Of a stretch of 64,000 bases of DNA, positions 17,305-27,358 are shown piece after piece. The stretch's first letter is position 1. Each line of letters begins with the position of its first letter. The notes under the pieces were generated by a model, which was not told where the DNA came from, did not search any database, and saw only the letters and a program-made list of their open reading frames with translations. Origin of the DNA: Hadesarchaea archaeon (GTDB lineage: Archaea > Hadarchaeota > Hadarchaeia > Hadarchaeales > Hadarchaeaceae); the NCBI GenBank assembly GCA_030601675.1, contig JAUWBN010000003.1, positions 2,255-66,254 on the forward strand, given 5' to 3'. Made by a program: the position numbers and the translations under genes.

Positions 17305-17330
17305 CTAAAATCTATGAAATGAACACAAAC

Positions 17331-17747
17331 CTAGCCGACATAGCTCGGGCGCTCATCACCGGGTTTAGGCGGCTTGGGCATGCCCGGCAACGGGATTGGC
17401 GGGGGGATGTTGAGCGAGCGGGAGAGAACGGTGGCCTCGATGAGCGAAACGTTGGTTATGGATTGGAGCAGCTGGGGTGGTGGGGCGTGCTGCTTTTTGT
17501 AACTCTCTTGGATTTTTTCAAGCTCCTCCGGCTTGCCCGATAAAATCGCCTGCCCCTTGAGAGATATCTGCGCGATCGACGGGGTGTAGCCGATCGTCAC
17601 GACGAAGGGAATGGACAGCTTCTCATCTTTCGATTCGACACCCACTATGTTGACATTGGTCGAGATGTGCACTCCGGCTGGGGCGGGTTTGCCGTGCTCC
17701 CAGAATCGCTCCGCGGAGATGTAGCTGATACTCACGCTCACGCGCAA
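17331..17747 (-). CDS. Hypothetical protein with a Pro-rich C-terminus
   Basis: 138-aa ORF between two tRNA genes. I recognised no motif. Confidence 0.45.
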   Translation of the reverse strand: MRVSVSISYISAERFWEHGKPAPAGVHISTNVNIVGVESKDEKLSIPFVVTIGYTPSIAQISLKGQAILSGKPEELEKIQESYKKQHAPPPQLLQSITNVSLIEATVLSRSLNIPPPIPLPGMPKPPKPGDERPSYVG

Positions 17748-17875
17748 GCTCGATCACCGCTTGATGTTTGGCTCCATCCCATATTAAACATCCGACCGAA
17801 GGCGCATTCAGCCTCGATATGGGCCGATGCTGTAGCGGGGCAAGCTTTTATTTTCAGGAGGCGATGTTAGCTCGT

Positions 17876-18010
17876 GGGGCCGTAGTGTAACTTGGCTAGC
17901 ACGGCAGGCTCCAGTGGCAATTGCGGGTCTGCTGACGAAAGGATGATGACCCATTGGAGCTGTGCTAGAGAGACCTGCAAATCCGGGTTCAAATCCTGGC
18001 GGCCCCACCA
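17876..18010 (+). tRNA. tRNA-Trp (anticodon CCA) with a 58-nt intron at the canonical 37/38 position, CCA encoded
   Basis: Acceptor GGGGCCG/CGGCCCC, D arm GTGT-AACTTGGCTA-GCAC, anticodon stem GCAGG...CCTGC split by the intron at 17915-17972, T arm CCGGG-TTCAAAT-CCTGG. Confidence 0.85.
17915..17972 (+). ncRNA. tRNA-Trp intron with box D'-like (CTGA 17932-17935) and box C'-like (GATGATGA 17942-17949) motifs and a guide to tRNA position 39
   Basis: The 10 nt upstream of CTGA (17921-17930, ttgcgggtct) pair with 17971-17980 (agacctgcaa). The 5th nt upstream of the box pairs with c17974, which is tRNA position 39. Confidence 0.6.
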
Positions 18011-18257
18011 CTAAATTTTTCTCGAACGCGACCCCTAGTCCCCGCCGAGCCGAAGGCGGCAGCATAATCTGAGATCGTTGGTCAGATGCGCTCCGAAGGT
18101 CACTTGGGCTTAGTAAAACGCTCCTGTTTATAGGGATATGCAGTTCAGCACGCCTGTTTACTCAAAGTGGTATTAAAAAATCAACACTCCTGTTTATCCA
18201 CCCACGGCAAAAGCAACCTTCTTAACCGCGCGTGGATAGGTGTAAAAAGGGGACGGC

Positions 18258-18800
18258 ATGGAAGAAGCCGAAATCCCTGTTGTCGAGGCCCAGTTGTACA
18301 AGGGCAAGATAATGGTCTGGGACGAGACGCAGGCGAACCAGCTCTACCAGCGGGGCTCTTACGGCAAGCCCCTGAGCGGGGGGAAGCTTCAGCTCGCGCC
18401 GGTCGAGGCCCTCTACCTGCGGGAGGGGGGGAAGATACGGGTGTTCGATGAGGACGGAAAGCAGTTGAAATTCAAAGATCTCTCGGATAAATTTACCGAG
18501 GGTGACCCCGAGACGATGCTCAAGTATCCCGTGTACGCCGATCTTCGCTCGCGCGGCTACATTATCAAAACTGGCCTGAAGTTCGGGGCGCACTTCCGCG
18601 TCTACGAGAGGGGCGAGAAGCCAGGGGAGGCGCATTCGAAGTTCTTGGTTCACGCGGTGCCCGAGGGAATAAAGCTCACCCCAACCGAGCTAGCGCGCGC
18701 GGTTCGACTCGCGCACAGTGTCAGGAAAAAAATTTTATGGGGGATCGTGGACGATGAGGGGGATGTCACCTATTACGCACTGACCCGTGAGAGGCCTTGA
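18258..18800 (+). CDS. endA: tRNA-splicing endonuclease EndA (short, about 180-aa form)
   Basis: 180 aa. The C-terminal catalytic domain carries YADLRSRGY, GLKFGAHFRVY and SKFLVH. Its size matches the homotetramer-type subunit. Confidence 0.85.
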   Translation: MEEAEIPVVEAQLYKGKIMVWDETQANQLYQRGSYGKPLSGGKLQLAPVEALYLREGGKIRVFDEDGKQLKFKDLSDKFTEGDPETMLKYPVYADLRSRGYIIKTGLKFGAHFRVYERGEKPGEAHSKFLVHAVPEGIKLTPTELARAVRLAHSVRKKILWGIVDDEGDVTYYALTRERP

Positions 18801-18801
18801 G

Positions 18802-19908
18802 ATGCCGATTAGGATTGATCCTTGGGGAGCGGCGGTACCCGAGGATTATGCCCGCCTGACGCGCGAGTTCGGCATCGAGCCCTTTGAGAAACTGCTCGCG
18901 CGCGCGCCCGATCCTCACTACCTAATGCGCCGCAAGGTCATCTTCGGCCACCGTGATTTCGGGCGGGTACTCGATGCAATGCTCAAGGACAAGAAGTTCG
19001 TGGTGATGACGGGGCTAATGCCGAGTGGCCGAATGCACGTGGGGCACAAGCTGGTAATTGATCAGCTGGCATGGTATCAGGGACAGGGAGCGGACATCTA
19101 CCTCTGCGTTGCTGATTTGGAGGCGTATTCAGCTCGCGGGATCCAATTCGGGGAGTCGAAGAAGCTTGCGGCTGAGGAGTACCTCGCTAATTATCAAGCG
19201 CTCGGGCTGGATGTGGGACGCTGTAACGTCTACTTTCAGTCGCGCAGCGATGTCGTTCGCCACCTCGCGTTTCTCTTGGCCAAGCGGGTGAACTTCAGCG
19301 AGATGCGCGCGATTTACGGTTTTGTGGGAGAGTCAAACATCTCTCATATTTTTTACCCGATGATTGACGTCGCAGACATCCTGCACCCCCAGCTGGAGGA
19401 GTTTGGGGGGCCACGCCCGACCGTCGTACCCGTGGGCATCGATCAGGACCCCCACCTCAGGCTAGCGCGAGACGTGGCGGCTCGTTTCCAGCGGGAGTTC
19501 GGTTTCGTGCTCCCATCTTCCACCTACCACCGCCTCTTACCCGGCCTGATGGGCGAGAAGATGTCGAGCAGCAAGCCAGAGACGGCGATTTTTCTGACGG
19601 ATAGCGCTGAGGACATCAAGAAGAAAATTAAAGATGCTTTTACGGGCGGCAGGCCCACGGCGGCGGAGCAGCGAAAGTATGGAGCCGACCCGGACAAGTG
19701 CAGGGTTTACGAACTCTACGTTTATCACCTCATTCCAGATGATAAGAAGCTCCTAGATTTAAGGAAGGCGTGCAAATCTGGGGCGATAATTTGCGGCGAA
19801 TGCAAGTCGCTGGCGATCGAGCTCATGACAAAGTTCTTAAAGGCGCATCAAGCCAAGCGGAAGCGCGCCGAAGCCGGGGCGAAGAAACTCGTGGAGAGAG
19901 TTTATTGA
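18802..19908 (+). CDS. trpS: Tryptophanyl-tRNA synthetase
   Basis: Class I signatures HVGH (GRMHVGHK) and KMSSS (GEKMSSSKP). The archaeal/eukaryal-type N-terminus is MPIRIDPWG. ATG 18802 lies 1 nt after the endA stop; the ORF track extends back to 18787. Confidence 0.8.
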   Translation: MPIRIDPWGAAVPEDYARLTREFGIEPFEKLLARAPDPHYLMRRKVIFGHRDFGRVLDAMLKDKKFVVMTGLMPSGRMHVGHKLVIDQLAWYQGQGADIYLCVADLEAYSARGIQFGESKKLAAEEYLANYQALGLDVGRCNVYFQSRSDVVRHLAFLLAKRVNFSEMRAIYGFVGESNISHIFYPMIDVADILHPQLEEFGGPRPTVVPVGIDQDPHLRLARDVAARFQREFGFVLPSSTYHRLLPGLMGEKMSSSKPETAIFLTDSAEDIKKKIKDAFTGGRPTAAEQRKYGADPDKCRVYELYVYHLIPDDKKLLDLRKACKSGAIICGECKSLAIELMTKFLKAHQAKRKRAEAGAKKLVERVY

Positions 19909-19954
19909 ACGCTCGCCTGTGGCGCGGAAGCATCAAGTCTAGATGGCGGAATTT

Positions 19955-21619
19955 TTACGCGCGCGATGGGGAGCCTGGCTTAGCTGATTCATGATGACGA
20001 TGTTGAGTCCCTGAGCGCACCTTGAGCAATGACCGCGGAAAATCGGTAAGCTGCATTATCGGCTGCGCTACTTTTGCCCCATGTTTCCATCTATAATAGA
20101 GCATGTACAAAAACATCGAACCCATTGCAATTTTTCCTTGCTTATCAGGGGCCCAGAGTTTTATGTTGTACTTCCAGCATGTCGCAAAGAAATCCCAATG
20201 CAAATCTGTTAGGTGATGTAAATCCGCCTGCCTCGCATTACTCAACAGACATTCCTCCTCGGACGTGAAAAATAGTGGAACGTAAAACAATTTCGCTCCC
20301 TTCAACCTATCCACGAGCTCCATCGTCGCAAGCGTGTCTTTTTCCTCCTCGCCAGGCAGACCGACAACAAGCGTCGCCAGTGGACAAATGTCGTTATCGT
20401 TGAGGATGCCGACTGCTTGAGTGACCACTTCGCACCAGTCTTTTGCTTCGTACGGCAGCGGCTTGCCTCGCATGTATTTCTCGATTAATCTTATGCTTCC
20501 TGTTTCTATACCAACTTCAACTGAAGCCACTTTTTTTCCGTTGTATCTCCATCTGCTTTTCTCCACGAGCGTCGGCGCAATTTCCTCGATCATTTTTGAA
20601 TCGCACGCAACTGGAGGTAGAGCGGCGTGTGCAGGTTGTAAATACTCGACGTTAGGTATTTTGGCGACCGTTTCTATCAACTCAACGATAGCTTGCCTGT
20701 TAGGAACAAATCGCTCGCCGCATTTATAGAGAAATATGTCATCTGTCTGCAACACGATCATTCTTGAACCCGCGCGCGCGTTGAGCTCCACTTCCTTTTT
20801 AATCTTTTCTAGGGGGAATGAATATCTCGTCCGCATTGTGGGCGAACAGAACTGGCATCCCTTGCCGCAGCCCCGGGTTATCTCGACCACGCCAAATAGC
20901 GCCGGTTTTTTTATCGTTGGGATCTCATCTAGCTCTGGCTTCTCCGTTTCGACGATCTTTGGCAGCGATTCGCCGTTCATTGCATTTCTAAATATCTCCA
21001 GCGCGGAGCGGTCGCCTTCCCCCATCATCACCGTATTTATCCCATACCTATCCTGCATGTTTCCCCTGACGATCTGCCAAGCGCCGGAACCTCCCACTAT
21101 AATTTTTGGCTTGTGCCTCTTCCAAATGCGGCGCTTCATCAAATTTCTAAACTCAGCCGCCGCGACGGGTTCATCGCCAAAACCCACCAGAGAAGTGTAA
21201 GTTCGGCTGACAAACCCGATGCCCAATGGATCCATCGTCGAGATTCCAACAGCCTTTGTCTTTGGGCCCACAAATTTGCTAAGGTTGTTGGGGGTGCAGG
21301 TCACAACGTTATCGTCCCCAAATTCCTCGATCAATAGGGCTTCTATTTTCCTCAATCCATAGGGGGCGAAGCGAGCGCTACCATCGTCATTGTTGGGCGT
21401 TATCGGGTACCAGTATTTCCTCAAAATTTTTATTGGGATTATTTTTGACGGAAAGCCCCCCGTGAATGCGATGAAGGGATTCAAATTAAAATCACTCATC
21501 TCTATTACAGAGGCAGTCAGTACAATGGGCACGCCACCATTATGTGGTGCATCAGCACCAATCGAAGCATCTCGGTTCAGAAATTTGCCAAGTGGTATGA
21601 AACTACAGCCCCAGACCAA
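19955..21619 (-). CDS. B12-binding-domain radical SAM protein (lower-GC gene)
   Basis: 554-aa ORF. The radical SAM cluster motif is ITRGCGKGCQFCS, with an N-terminal Rossmann-like B12-type domain. Sampled lines are 38-43% GC. The true start is possibly internal (GTG at VPIVLTAS). Confidence 0.7.
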   Translation of the reverse strand: MVWGCSFIPLGKFLNRDASIGADAPHNGGVPIVLTASVIEMSDFNLNPFIAFTGGFPSKIIPIKILRKYWYPITPNNDDGSARFAPYGLRKIEALLIEEFGDDNVVTCTPNNLSKFVGPKTKAVGISTMDPLGIGFVSRTYTSLVGFGDEPVAAAEFRNLMKRRIWKRHKPKIIVGGSGAWQIVRGNMQDRYGINTVMMGEGDRSALEIFRNAMNGESLPKIVETEKPELDEIPTIKKPALFGVVEITRGCGKGCQFCSPTMRTRYSFPLEKIKKEVELNARAGSRMIVLQTDDIFLYKCGERFVPNRQAIVELIETVAKIPNVEYLQPAHAALPPVACDSKMIEEIAPTLVEKSRWRYNGKKVASVEVGIETGSIRLIEKYMRGKPLPYEAKDWCEVVTQAVGILNDNDICPLATLVVGLPGEEEKDTLATMELVDRLKGAKLFYVPLFFTSEEECLLSNARQADLHHLTDLHWDFFATCWKYNIKLWAPDKQGKIAMGSMFLYMLYYRWKHGAKVAQPIMQLTDFPRSLLKVRSGTQHRHHESAKPGSPSRA

Positions 21620-21710
21620 ATGCCAGCCTCCACGAACACACTGTAATTAAGCGTTCTTAAAGTTTCCCTGAAATTTGTGGTAATTTACTTTTGTTTTGTC
21701 ATTTTCGGAG

Positions 21711-23105
21711 CTAACTCTGAGGCCGCAGGTATTTCTCGATGAACTTCGGGTCGACGCGCTTCAGCTCGGCTGTGGGCAGCGTGCGCAGGAGTTCCCACCC
21801 CAAGTCGAGCGTGCTCTCGATCGATCGGTCCTCGTCTCGCCTCTGGTTCACGAACTCCCGCTCGAATCGGTCGGCGAAATCCAAGTAGCGGCGATCTCGC
21901 TCGGTCAGCGCCTCCTCCCCGACGACCGCAACTAACGCTCGGAGGTCCTTGCCCTCAGCATAAACGGCGTAAAGCTGGTTTGAGACATCGCTGTGGTCCT
22001 CCCGTGTATGCCCCTTCCCTATGCCGTCCTTCATGAGCCTCGAGAGCGATGGCAGGACGTTGAGCGGCGGGTAGATCCCTTTGCGGTGGAGCTCGCGATC
22101 CATCACGAGCTGTCCCTCGGTGATGTAGCCCGTGAGGTCGGGGATTGGGTGGGTGATGTCGTCACCCGGCATGGTCAAGATCGGCATTTGGGTCACCGAG
22201 CCCTTCTTTTTCTTTATCCTTCCCGCCCGCTCGTACATCGTCGCAAGGTCCGTGTACAAGTAGCTGGGATAGCCCCGCCTTCCTGGTACCTCGCTTCGGG
22301 CGGCGGAGATTTCTCGCAGGGCTTCGCAGTAGTTCGTCATGTCGACCAAGATGACCAGCACGTGCATCCCTTGGGTGAACGCGAAGTATTCGGCGGTCGT
22401 CAGGGCCAGGCGCGGCGTGAGGATGCGCTCGATGGCAGGGTCGCTGGCGAGGTTCAAGAACACCGTCGCCCGCTCGAGTGCGCCAGTTCGCTCGAAGTCG
22501 TGCGTGAAGAATGCGGCCTCTTCGTGTGTTATTCCCATCCCGCAAAACACCACGGAGAACTTTTCCTCCTCGCCGATCACTTTCGCCTGCCTAGCGATCT
22601 GCGCAGCCAGCTCGTTGTGGGGCAGGCCCGAGCCCGAGAAGATGGGCAACTTTTGACCCCGGACGAGCGTGTTCATGCCGTCTATGGATGATATGCCGGT
22701 CTGGATGAACTCGCTAGGGTACTCTCGCGCCGCCGGGTTTATCGGGGCCCCGTGCACATCCCACTCGTCCTCGAAAATCGGCTTGGGGCCGCCGTCTATG
22801 GGCTCGCCACGCCCGTTAAAAATTCTGCCGAGCAACTCGAGCCCGACGCCGAACTTGATGGTCTCGCCCGTGAAGCGAACGCGGGTTTTTAGGGTATCGA
22901 TGCCGCTTGTACCCTCGTAGACCTGCACCACCGCGCGATCCTCGTAAGCGTCCAGCACTTGCCCGTGTTTTGTCTCCCCATCGGGCGTGGTCACCTCGAC
23001 GACCTCCCCGTAGGCGACACCGCTCACACCCTCGACTATCATCAGCGGGCCAGAAACTTCAGCGACAGTCAAATATTCACGGCTCTTCACGGTCTCACTT
23101 TTCAC
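21711..23105 (-). CDS. atpB: A1AO (V-type) ATP synthase subunit B
   Basis: 464 aa with typical A/V-type B subunit sequence ([26 protein letters not shown]). Confidence 0.95.
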   Translation of the reverse strand: MKSETVKSREYLTVAEVSGPLMIVEGVSGVAYGEVVEVTTPDGETKHGQVLDAYEDRAVVQVYEGTSGIDTLKTRVRFTGETIKFGVGLELLGRIFNGRGEPIDGGPKPIFEDEWDVHGAPINPAAREYPSEFIQTGISSIDGMNTLVRGQKLPIFSGSGLPHNELAAQIARQAKVIGEEEKFSVVFCGMGITHEEAAFFTHDFERTGALERATVFLNLASDPAIERILTPRLALTTAEYFAFTQGMHVLVILVDMTNYCEALREISAARSEVPGRRGYPSYLYTDLATMYERAGRIKKKKGSVTQMPILTMPGDDITHPIPDLTGYITEGQLVMDRELHRKGIYPPLNVLPSLSRLMKDGIGKGHTREDHSDVSNQLYAVYAEGKDLRALVAVVGEEALTERDRRYLDFADRFEREFVNQRRDEDRSIESTLDLGWELLRTLPTAELKRVDPKFIEKYLRPQS

Positions 23106-24921
23106 CCTTCTCCCCTTCGGCTGGTGCTTTCCTCGTTCGCATCAGCTCTTCGAACTGTTCCTTGAGCTGTTTTTCAAACTTCTCCCGCTCTTTCATGAAC
23201 TTTTCAGGGGGAAGCCGCTTCATGCCCGCGATGGTCTCCTTGATCAGCAGTTTTTTGATTTCCCCGACCGAGATGCCCTGTCGTGCTGCCTCCACGGAGT
23301 TGCGATAGAAATCGAGCACGAGCTTGAGCATTCCGAACTGCTTCTCGACAGGGCAGTGGGTGTCGACCTCGTGGAAGGCGAACTGTTGGAGGAAATCCTC
23401 CCGCATCATCCGCGCGGCCTCGAGTACGGCTCGCTCTGGCTCGGGGAGGGCATCGGGCCCCACGAGCTTCACGATCTCCTCGAGTTCTGCCTCCTTCTGG
23501 AGCATGGCGATCGCTTCATCGCGCAGGGCCTTCCAGTCCTCGTGGAGCTTTTGTTTCCACCACTCGCGGACGTTGTCGACGTAGAGCGAGTAGCTATTGA
23601 GCCAGTGGATAGCCGGGAAGTGGCGCCGGTCGGCCAGCCCCGTGTCGAGCGCCCAGAAGACCTTGACAATGCGAAGCGTGTTTTGTGAAACGGGCTCCGA
23701 GAGGTCGCCTCCGGGCGGGGAGACGGCACCGAGCACCGTCACGGAGCCGAAGCGCTCATCGTTGCCGAGCGTCCGCACGCGGCCAGCTCGTTCATAGAAC
23801 TCCGCCAGCCTCGAAGCGAGGTAAGCGGGGAAGCCCTCCTCCCCCGGCATCTCCTCCAGCCTGCCGGAGATTTCGCGCATCGCCTCGGCCCAGCGCGAGG
23901 TGGAGTCGGCCATGAGCGCTATATCGTAGCCCATGTCTCGGAAGTACTCGGCGATGGTTATTCCAGTGTAGACACTCGCCTCGCGCGCGGCCACGGGCAT
24001 GTTTGAGGTGTTGGCGATAAGTGTGGTGCGTTCCATCAGCGACTCGCCGCTACGCGGGTCCTTCAGCTCGGGGAAGTGCACCAGCACGTCACACATCTCG
24101 TTGCCCCGCTCGCCGCAGCCCACATAAACGACTACGTCTGCGGCTGCCCATTTCGAGAATTGATGGAGCATAACCGTTTTACCCGTGCCGAAGCCTCCGG
24201 GGATCGCTGCTGTACCCCCTTTCGCGATTGGGAAGAACGTGTCGATGACGCGTTGCCCGGAGATGAGCGGCTCATTCGGATTGAACTTCTCCTTAAATGG
24301 TCTCGCCCGCCGCACCGGCCATTTTTGCATCATCGCAATCTCTCGCTTGCCGTCAGCGGTCTCGATGCTGGCGATAATATCTTCGACTTTATGCCCACCA
24401 TCCGCGAGTTCTAGAACCCTTCCGTTGATGCCGGGCGGGACCAGAATTCGATGTTCGACGAGCTTGCTCTCCTTGACGGTCCCGAGTATATCACCCTCGA
24501 CGACCTCCGCGCCTCGCTTGACCTTTGGCACGAACTCCCACTTCTTATCCCGCGGCAGGGCATGAGCGAAGACGCCCCGCTTTATCATATCCCCGATTTT
24601 CGCCCGGATGATGGTGAGCGGTCGCTGCGTGCCATCATAAATTGCTCCAACAAGCCCTGGCCCAAGCTCTACAGAGAGAGGTCCCCCGGTACCCTCGACC
24701 TTCTCGCCAGGTTTTATACCCGAGGTTTCCTCGTACACCTGAATTGTCGCGCGATCCTCGGTCAAGCCGATTATCTCCCCCATCAGGCCCTCCTCGCCGA
24801 CCTTGACGAGCTCGTACATCTCAGAGCCCTTCATTCCATCGGCGATCACCACGGGCCCAGTGATTCGAACGATTTTCCCCAATCTAACACCCCGAGCTCC
24901 AGCTATGATTAGCGGCTCCAC
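23095..24921 (-). CDS. atpA: A1AO (V-type) ATP synthase catalytic subunit A
   Basis: 608 aa with Walker [10 protein letters not shown] and typical A-subunit motifs. GTG start. It has a short K/E-rich C-terminal extension. Confidence 0.95.
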   Translation of the reverse strand: MEPLIIAGARGVRLGKIVRITGPVVIADGMKGSEMYELVKVGEEGLMGEIIGLTEDRATIQVYEETSGIKPGEKVEGTGGPLSVELGPGLVGAIYDGTQRPLTIIRAKIGDMIKRGVFAHALPRDKKWEFVPKVKRGAEVVEGDILGTVKESKLVEHRILVPPGINGRVLELADGGHKVEDIIASIETADGKREIAMMQKWPVRRARPFKEKFNPNEPLISGQRVIDTFFPIAKGGTAAIPGGFGTGKTVMLHQFSKWAAADVVVYVGCGERGNEMCDVLVHFPELKDPRSGESLMERTTLIANTSNMPVAAREASVYTGITIAEYFRDMGYDIALMADSTSRWAEAMREISGRLEEMPGEEGFPAYLASRLAEFYERAGRVRTLGNDERFGSVTVLGAVSPPGGDLSEPVSQNTLRIVKVFWALDTGLADRRHFPAIHWLNSYSLYVDNVREWWKQKLHEDWKALRDEAIAMLQKEAELEEIVKLVGPDALPEPERAVLEAARMMREDFLQQFAFHEVDTHCPVEKQFGMLKLVLDFYRNSVEAARQGISVGEIKKLLIKETIAGMKRLPPEKFMKEREKFEKQLKEQFEELMRTRKAPAEGEKGEK

Positions 24922-24999
24922 TTTTATGAATATCTCTTAAAATCAGAACTTTTATGAACATCACTTCTAATTAACTTAGACACTGGACGGTGGAGCCAA
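24922..24999. promoter_or_regulatory. A/T-rich divergent promoter region between atpA and atpH, with a duplicated 15-mer
   Basis: acttttatgaatatc (24920-24934) and acttttatgaacatc (24948-24962) match at 14 of 15 positions with a 28-nt period. TATA-like tracts occur on both strands. Confidence 0.45.
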
Positions 25000-25311
25000 G
25001 TGGTCGAGGAAAGTCTTCGCGCGATTTTTGAGGCGGAAAAAAAGGCGAGGGAACAGGTGGAAGTAGCGCAGCGAGAGGCTGCAACGATCCTCGAATCCGC
25101 CCGGGGGGAAGTGGAGAAACTAAAGGAGGGCGCAAAGGCTGAGACGAAATCAAAGACGGAAAAAGTGATCGAGGAATTGAGGAAAAAGGCAGAGGCCGAT
25201 GTGCAGGAGCTGCTGAAGAAAAATCGCAGACAGATCCAAGCGATGGAGCGAAAAGCTAGGACGAGGCATGCGGAGGCGATTAAGCTCGTTCTGGTTGCCG
25301 TCCTCGGGTGA
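25000..25311 (+). CDS. atpH: A1AO ATP synthase subunit H
   Basis: 103 aa, all-helical and E/K/A-rich. It is the first gene of the H-I-K-E-C-F-D series. Confidence 0.75.
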   Translation: MVEESLRAIFEAEKKAREQVEVAQREAATILESARGEVEKLKEGAKAETKSKTEKVIEELRKKAEADVQELLKKNRRQIQAMERKARTRHAEAIKLVLVAVLG

Positions 25312-25315
25312 CCCC

Positions 25316-27358
25316 ATGTTCAAAACGGCTCGAATGCAGAAGTTTAGGGTCGTCTTCCTTCAACAAGCGCACGATAGCGTCGTGGCCCGGCTGCACGAGG
25401 CCGGCGTGGTCCAGCTGAAGGAGATCTCGGAGCTGGAGGTCGCGCGGAAGGCGCTCGACGAGGAGGTCTACGAGATCTCATCGCTACTTACAAAATTCAA
25501 GGAGGCGCGAGAGTTTCTCGGCCCACCGCTCGGTAAACCTGTGGAGATAGAGGAGCCCCCCTACGGACAAATTTTGAAGCAGGCGAAAAAGTTTCTAGAT
25601 AAGTTCGAGCCGAAGTTGATCGCTTTAAAAGCCAAGAAGGAGGAGCTCAATCAGAGAAGGCAAGAGTTACATGCCCAGATGGAAATGCTCCGGACTTTTT
25701 GGGAGATAAAATTCCCTCTGAGTTACCTCCGACCGACGGATGAAATCTACGTTGTGGTCGGGCGGATTGCGGAGGAAAGGGTGCGAGAATTCTCGGACGC
25801 GGCGAGGGAAGCTCTGGGACGCAAGGTTTTCGTGGCTGTGCTCGGGAAAGGCAAGCAAAGGATTTTGATCGTGGCATGCCGGACCGCAGAGCAGCCGAAG
25901 CTCTCGCCAGTGCTCTACAGACACGAGGTCGAGCTCTTGGAGATCCCCTCGATCCCCAAGGCCCCACGAAAGGCGCTCAGAACGCTGGAGGGACGGCTGA
26001 AGGAACTCGATGAGGAGCAGGCCAAGCTAGAGGGGAAGAGGAAGAAGCTTGCGAAGGCTAGGGCTCGTGAAGTCAGCACGTTGTTGGAACTTCTCGAGAT
26101 CCAAAGGGAAAGGCTTGAGTGCAGCGGGCTCTTTGGTTACACCGATGCGACCGTGGTCATGGAGGGGTGGGTACTAGCGAAGCGGGCGACCGAGCTCGAT
26201 CCCCTGCTCAGCGCAGCTACGAATGGGCGCCATGTCCTCCGCACCTATACCCCCCAGAAGGCCGAGGTTGAGGCAGTCCCCGTGGAGTTAGAAAATCCCA
26301 GGATGGTCGAGGACTTCGAGTACGTTACCAACATGTATGGTTTGCCCAAGTACGACGAGGTAGACCCGACGCCCTTCATGACCCTCACCTTCGCGATATT
26401 TTTTGCGATTTGTTTGTCCGACGCGGGCTATGGCATTGTGCTTGGGCTTTTCATGGCCTCGGGTTTTTGGTTCGCCAAAATGTTTCCGCGAAAGCTCAGG
26501 CGGATGATGATCGTGTGTGCGATATTCACGGTCATCGTCGGTTTATTAATAGGCGGGTGGTTCGGTTTTGGGCAAGGCCTATGGGTAGATCCGATTCAAA
26601 GGCCGATTCCTCTACTCAAGCTCGTCGTGTTTATAGGCATCCTTCATCTCATCGTGGCATTCGGCATGGCGGGGGCACTGAAGGACTTGTTCAGGAGGGA
26701 TTGGAAGAGTTTAATATTCGGCCGTGTTTCGCGCATATTAATTTTGATTGGTTTCTTCGGGTTGAGCTTCTGCGTCTTGGGCATCGGCTTGCACGAGTTT
26801 GGAATAAATTTCACATTTCCAAAGACAGAACTTTTCACGGTATTTAATCCCTTTGGAGCTGGGGCAGCCATCGTCGTGGCGTTCAGGACCATCTTCTACC
26901 TCGGTTTGGGCGTGGGCATGGTCGGTGCGGTGTTGATTGGCAAAGGGGCAGGAGAAAAAATTGGGGGGCCGATCAACGTTATTTATGGCATAACTGGGCT
27001 TATTGCAGATGTGACCTCTTATACCAGGCTTTTGGCCCTCGGCATCGCGACAGGGGTAATAGCATTTTCGATAAATTTCATCGTCGGATTCGCGTACAAT
27101 GGCATGATGCCGGCCGAACTCACACCGCTGTCGGCGATTTACGCTGGCTTGCTGCTGACCGGGCTAGGGTTCATCTTCATCGCTGCACACTGCTTCAACA
27201 TATTCATCAATAGCCTCGGAGGGTTTATCCACACCATGCGTTTGCACTTCGCGGAGTTCTTCAGCAAGTTCTACGAGGCCGGAGGCGAGAAGTTCGTCCC
27301 CTTTAAAGCTAAAAGGACGTTCACTAAGGTAAAAGGGGGTGAATGGCCTGGTAGGTGA
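25316..27358 (+). CDS. atpI: A1AO ATP synthase subunit I (a-subunit homologue)
   Basis: About 680 aa from ATG 25316 (MFKTARMQKF). It has an N-terminal soluble coiled domain and a C-terminal polytopic domain with the conserved RL..L arginine region (SYTRLLALG). Confidence 0.9.
   Translation: MFKTARMQKFRVVFLQQAHDSVVARLHEAGVVQLKEISELEVARKALDEEVYEISSLLTKFKEAREFLGPPLGKPVEIEEPPYGQILKQAKKFLDKFEPKLIALKAKKEELNQRRQELHAQMEMLRTFWEIKFPLSYLRPTDEIYVVVGRIAEERVREFSDAAREALGRKVFVAVLGKGKQRILIVACRTAEQPKLSPVLYRHEVELLEIPSIPKAPRKALRTLEGRLKELDEEQAKLEGKRKKLAKARAREVSTLLELLEIQRERLECSGLFGYTDATVVMEGWVLAKRATELDPLLSAATNGRHVLRTYTPQKAEVEAVPVELENPRMVEDFEYVTNMYGLPKYDEVDPTPFMTLTFAIFFAICLSDAGYGIVLGLFMASGFWFAKMFPRKLRRMMIVCAIFTVIVGLLIGGWFGFGQGLWVDPIQRPIPLLKLVVFIGILHLIVAFGMAGALKDLFRRDWKSLIFGRVSRILILIGFFGLSFCVLGIGLHEFGINFTFPKTELFTVFNPFGAGAAIVVAFRTIFYLGLGVGMVGAVLIGKGAGEKIGGPINVIYGITGLIADVTSYTRLLALGIATGVIAFSINFIVGFAYNGMMPAELTPLSAIYAGLLLTGLGFIFIAAHCFNIFINSLGGFIHTMRLHFAEFFSKFYEAGGEKFVPFKAKRTFTKVKGGEWPGR

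Noticed and set aside
17951-17965. Second C/D guide in the tRNA-Trp intron targeting C34
   Set aside because: The complementarity of 17951-17960 to 17908-17917 exists. It coincides with the exon-intron helix expected for the splice-site structure, and no CTGA box sits at the spacing required by the N+5 rule. The guide is therefore not claimed.
21993-22691. 232-aa ORF antisense to atpB, and 24076-24912 ORFs antisense to atpA
   Set aside because: These are off-frame products of GC-rich conserved genes with no independent support.
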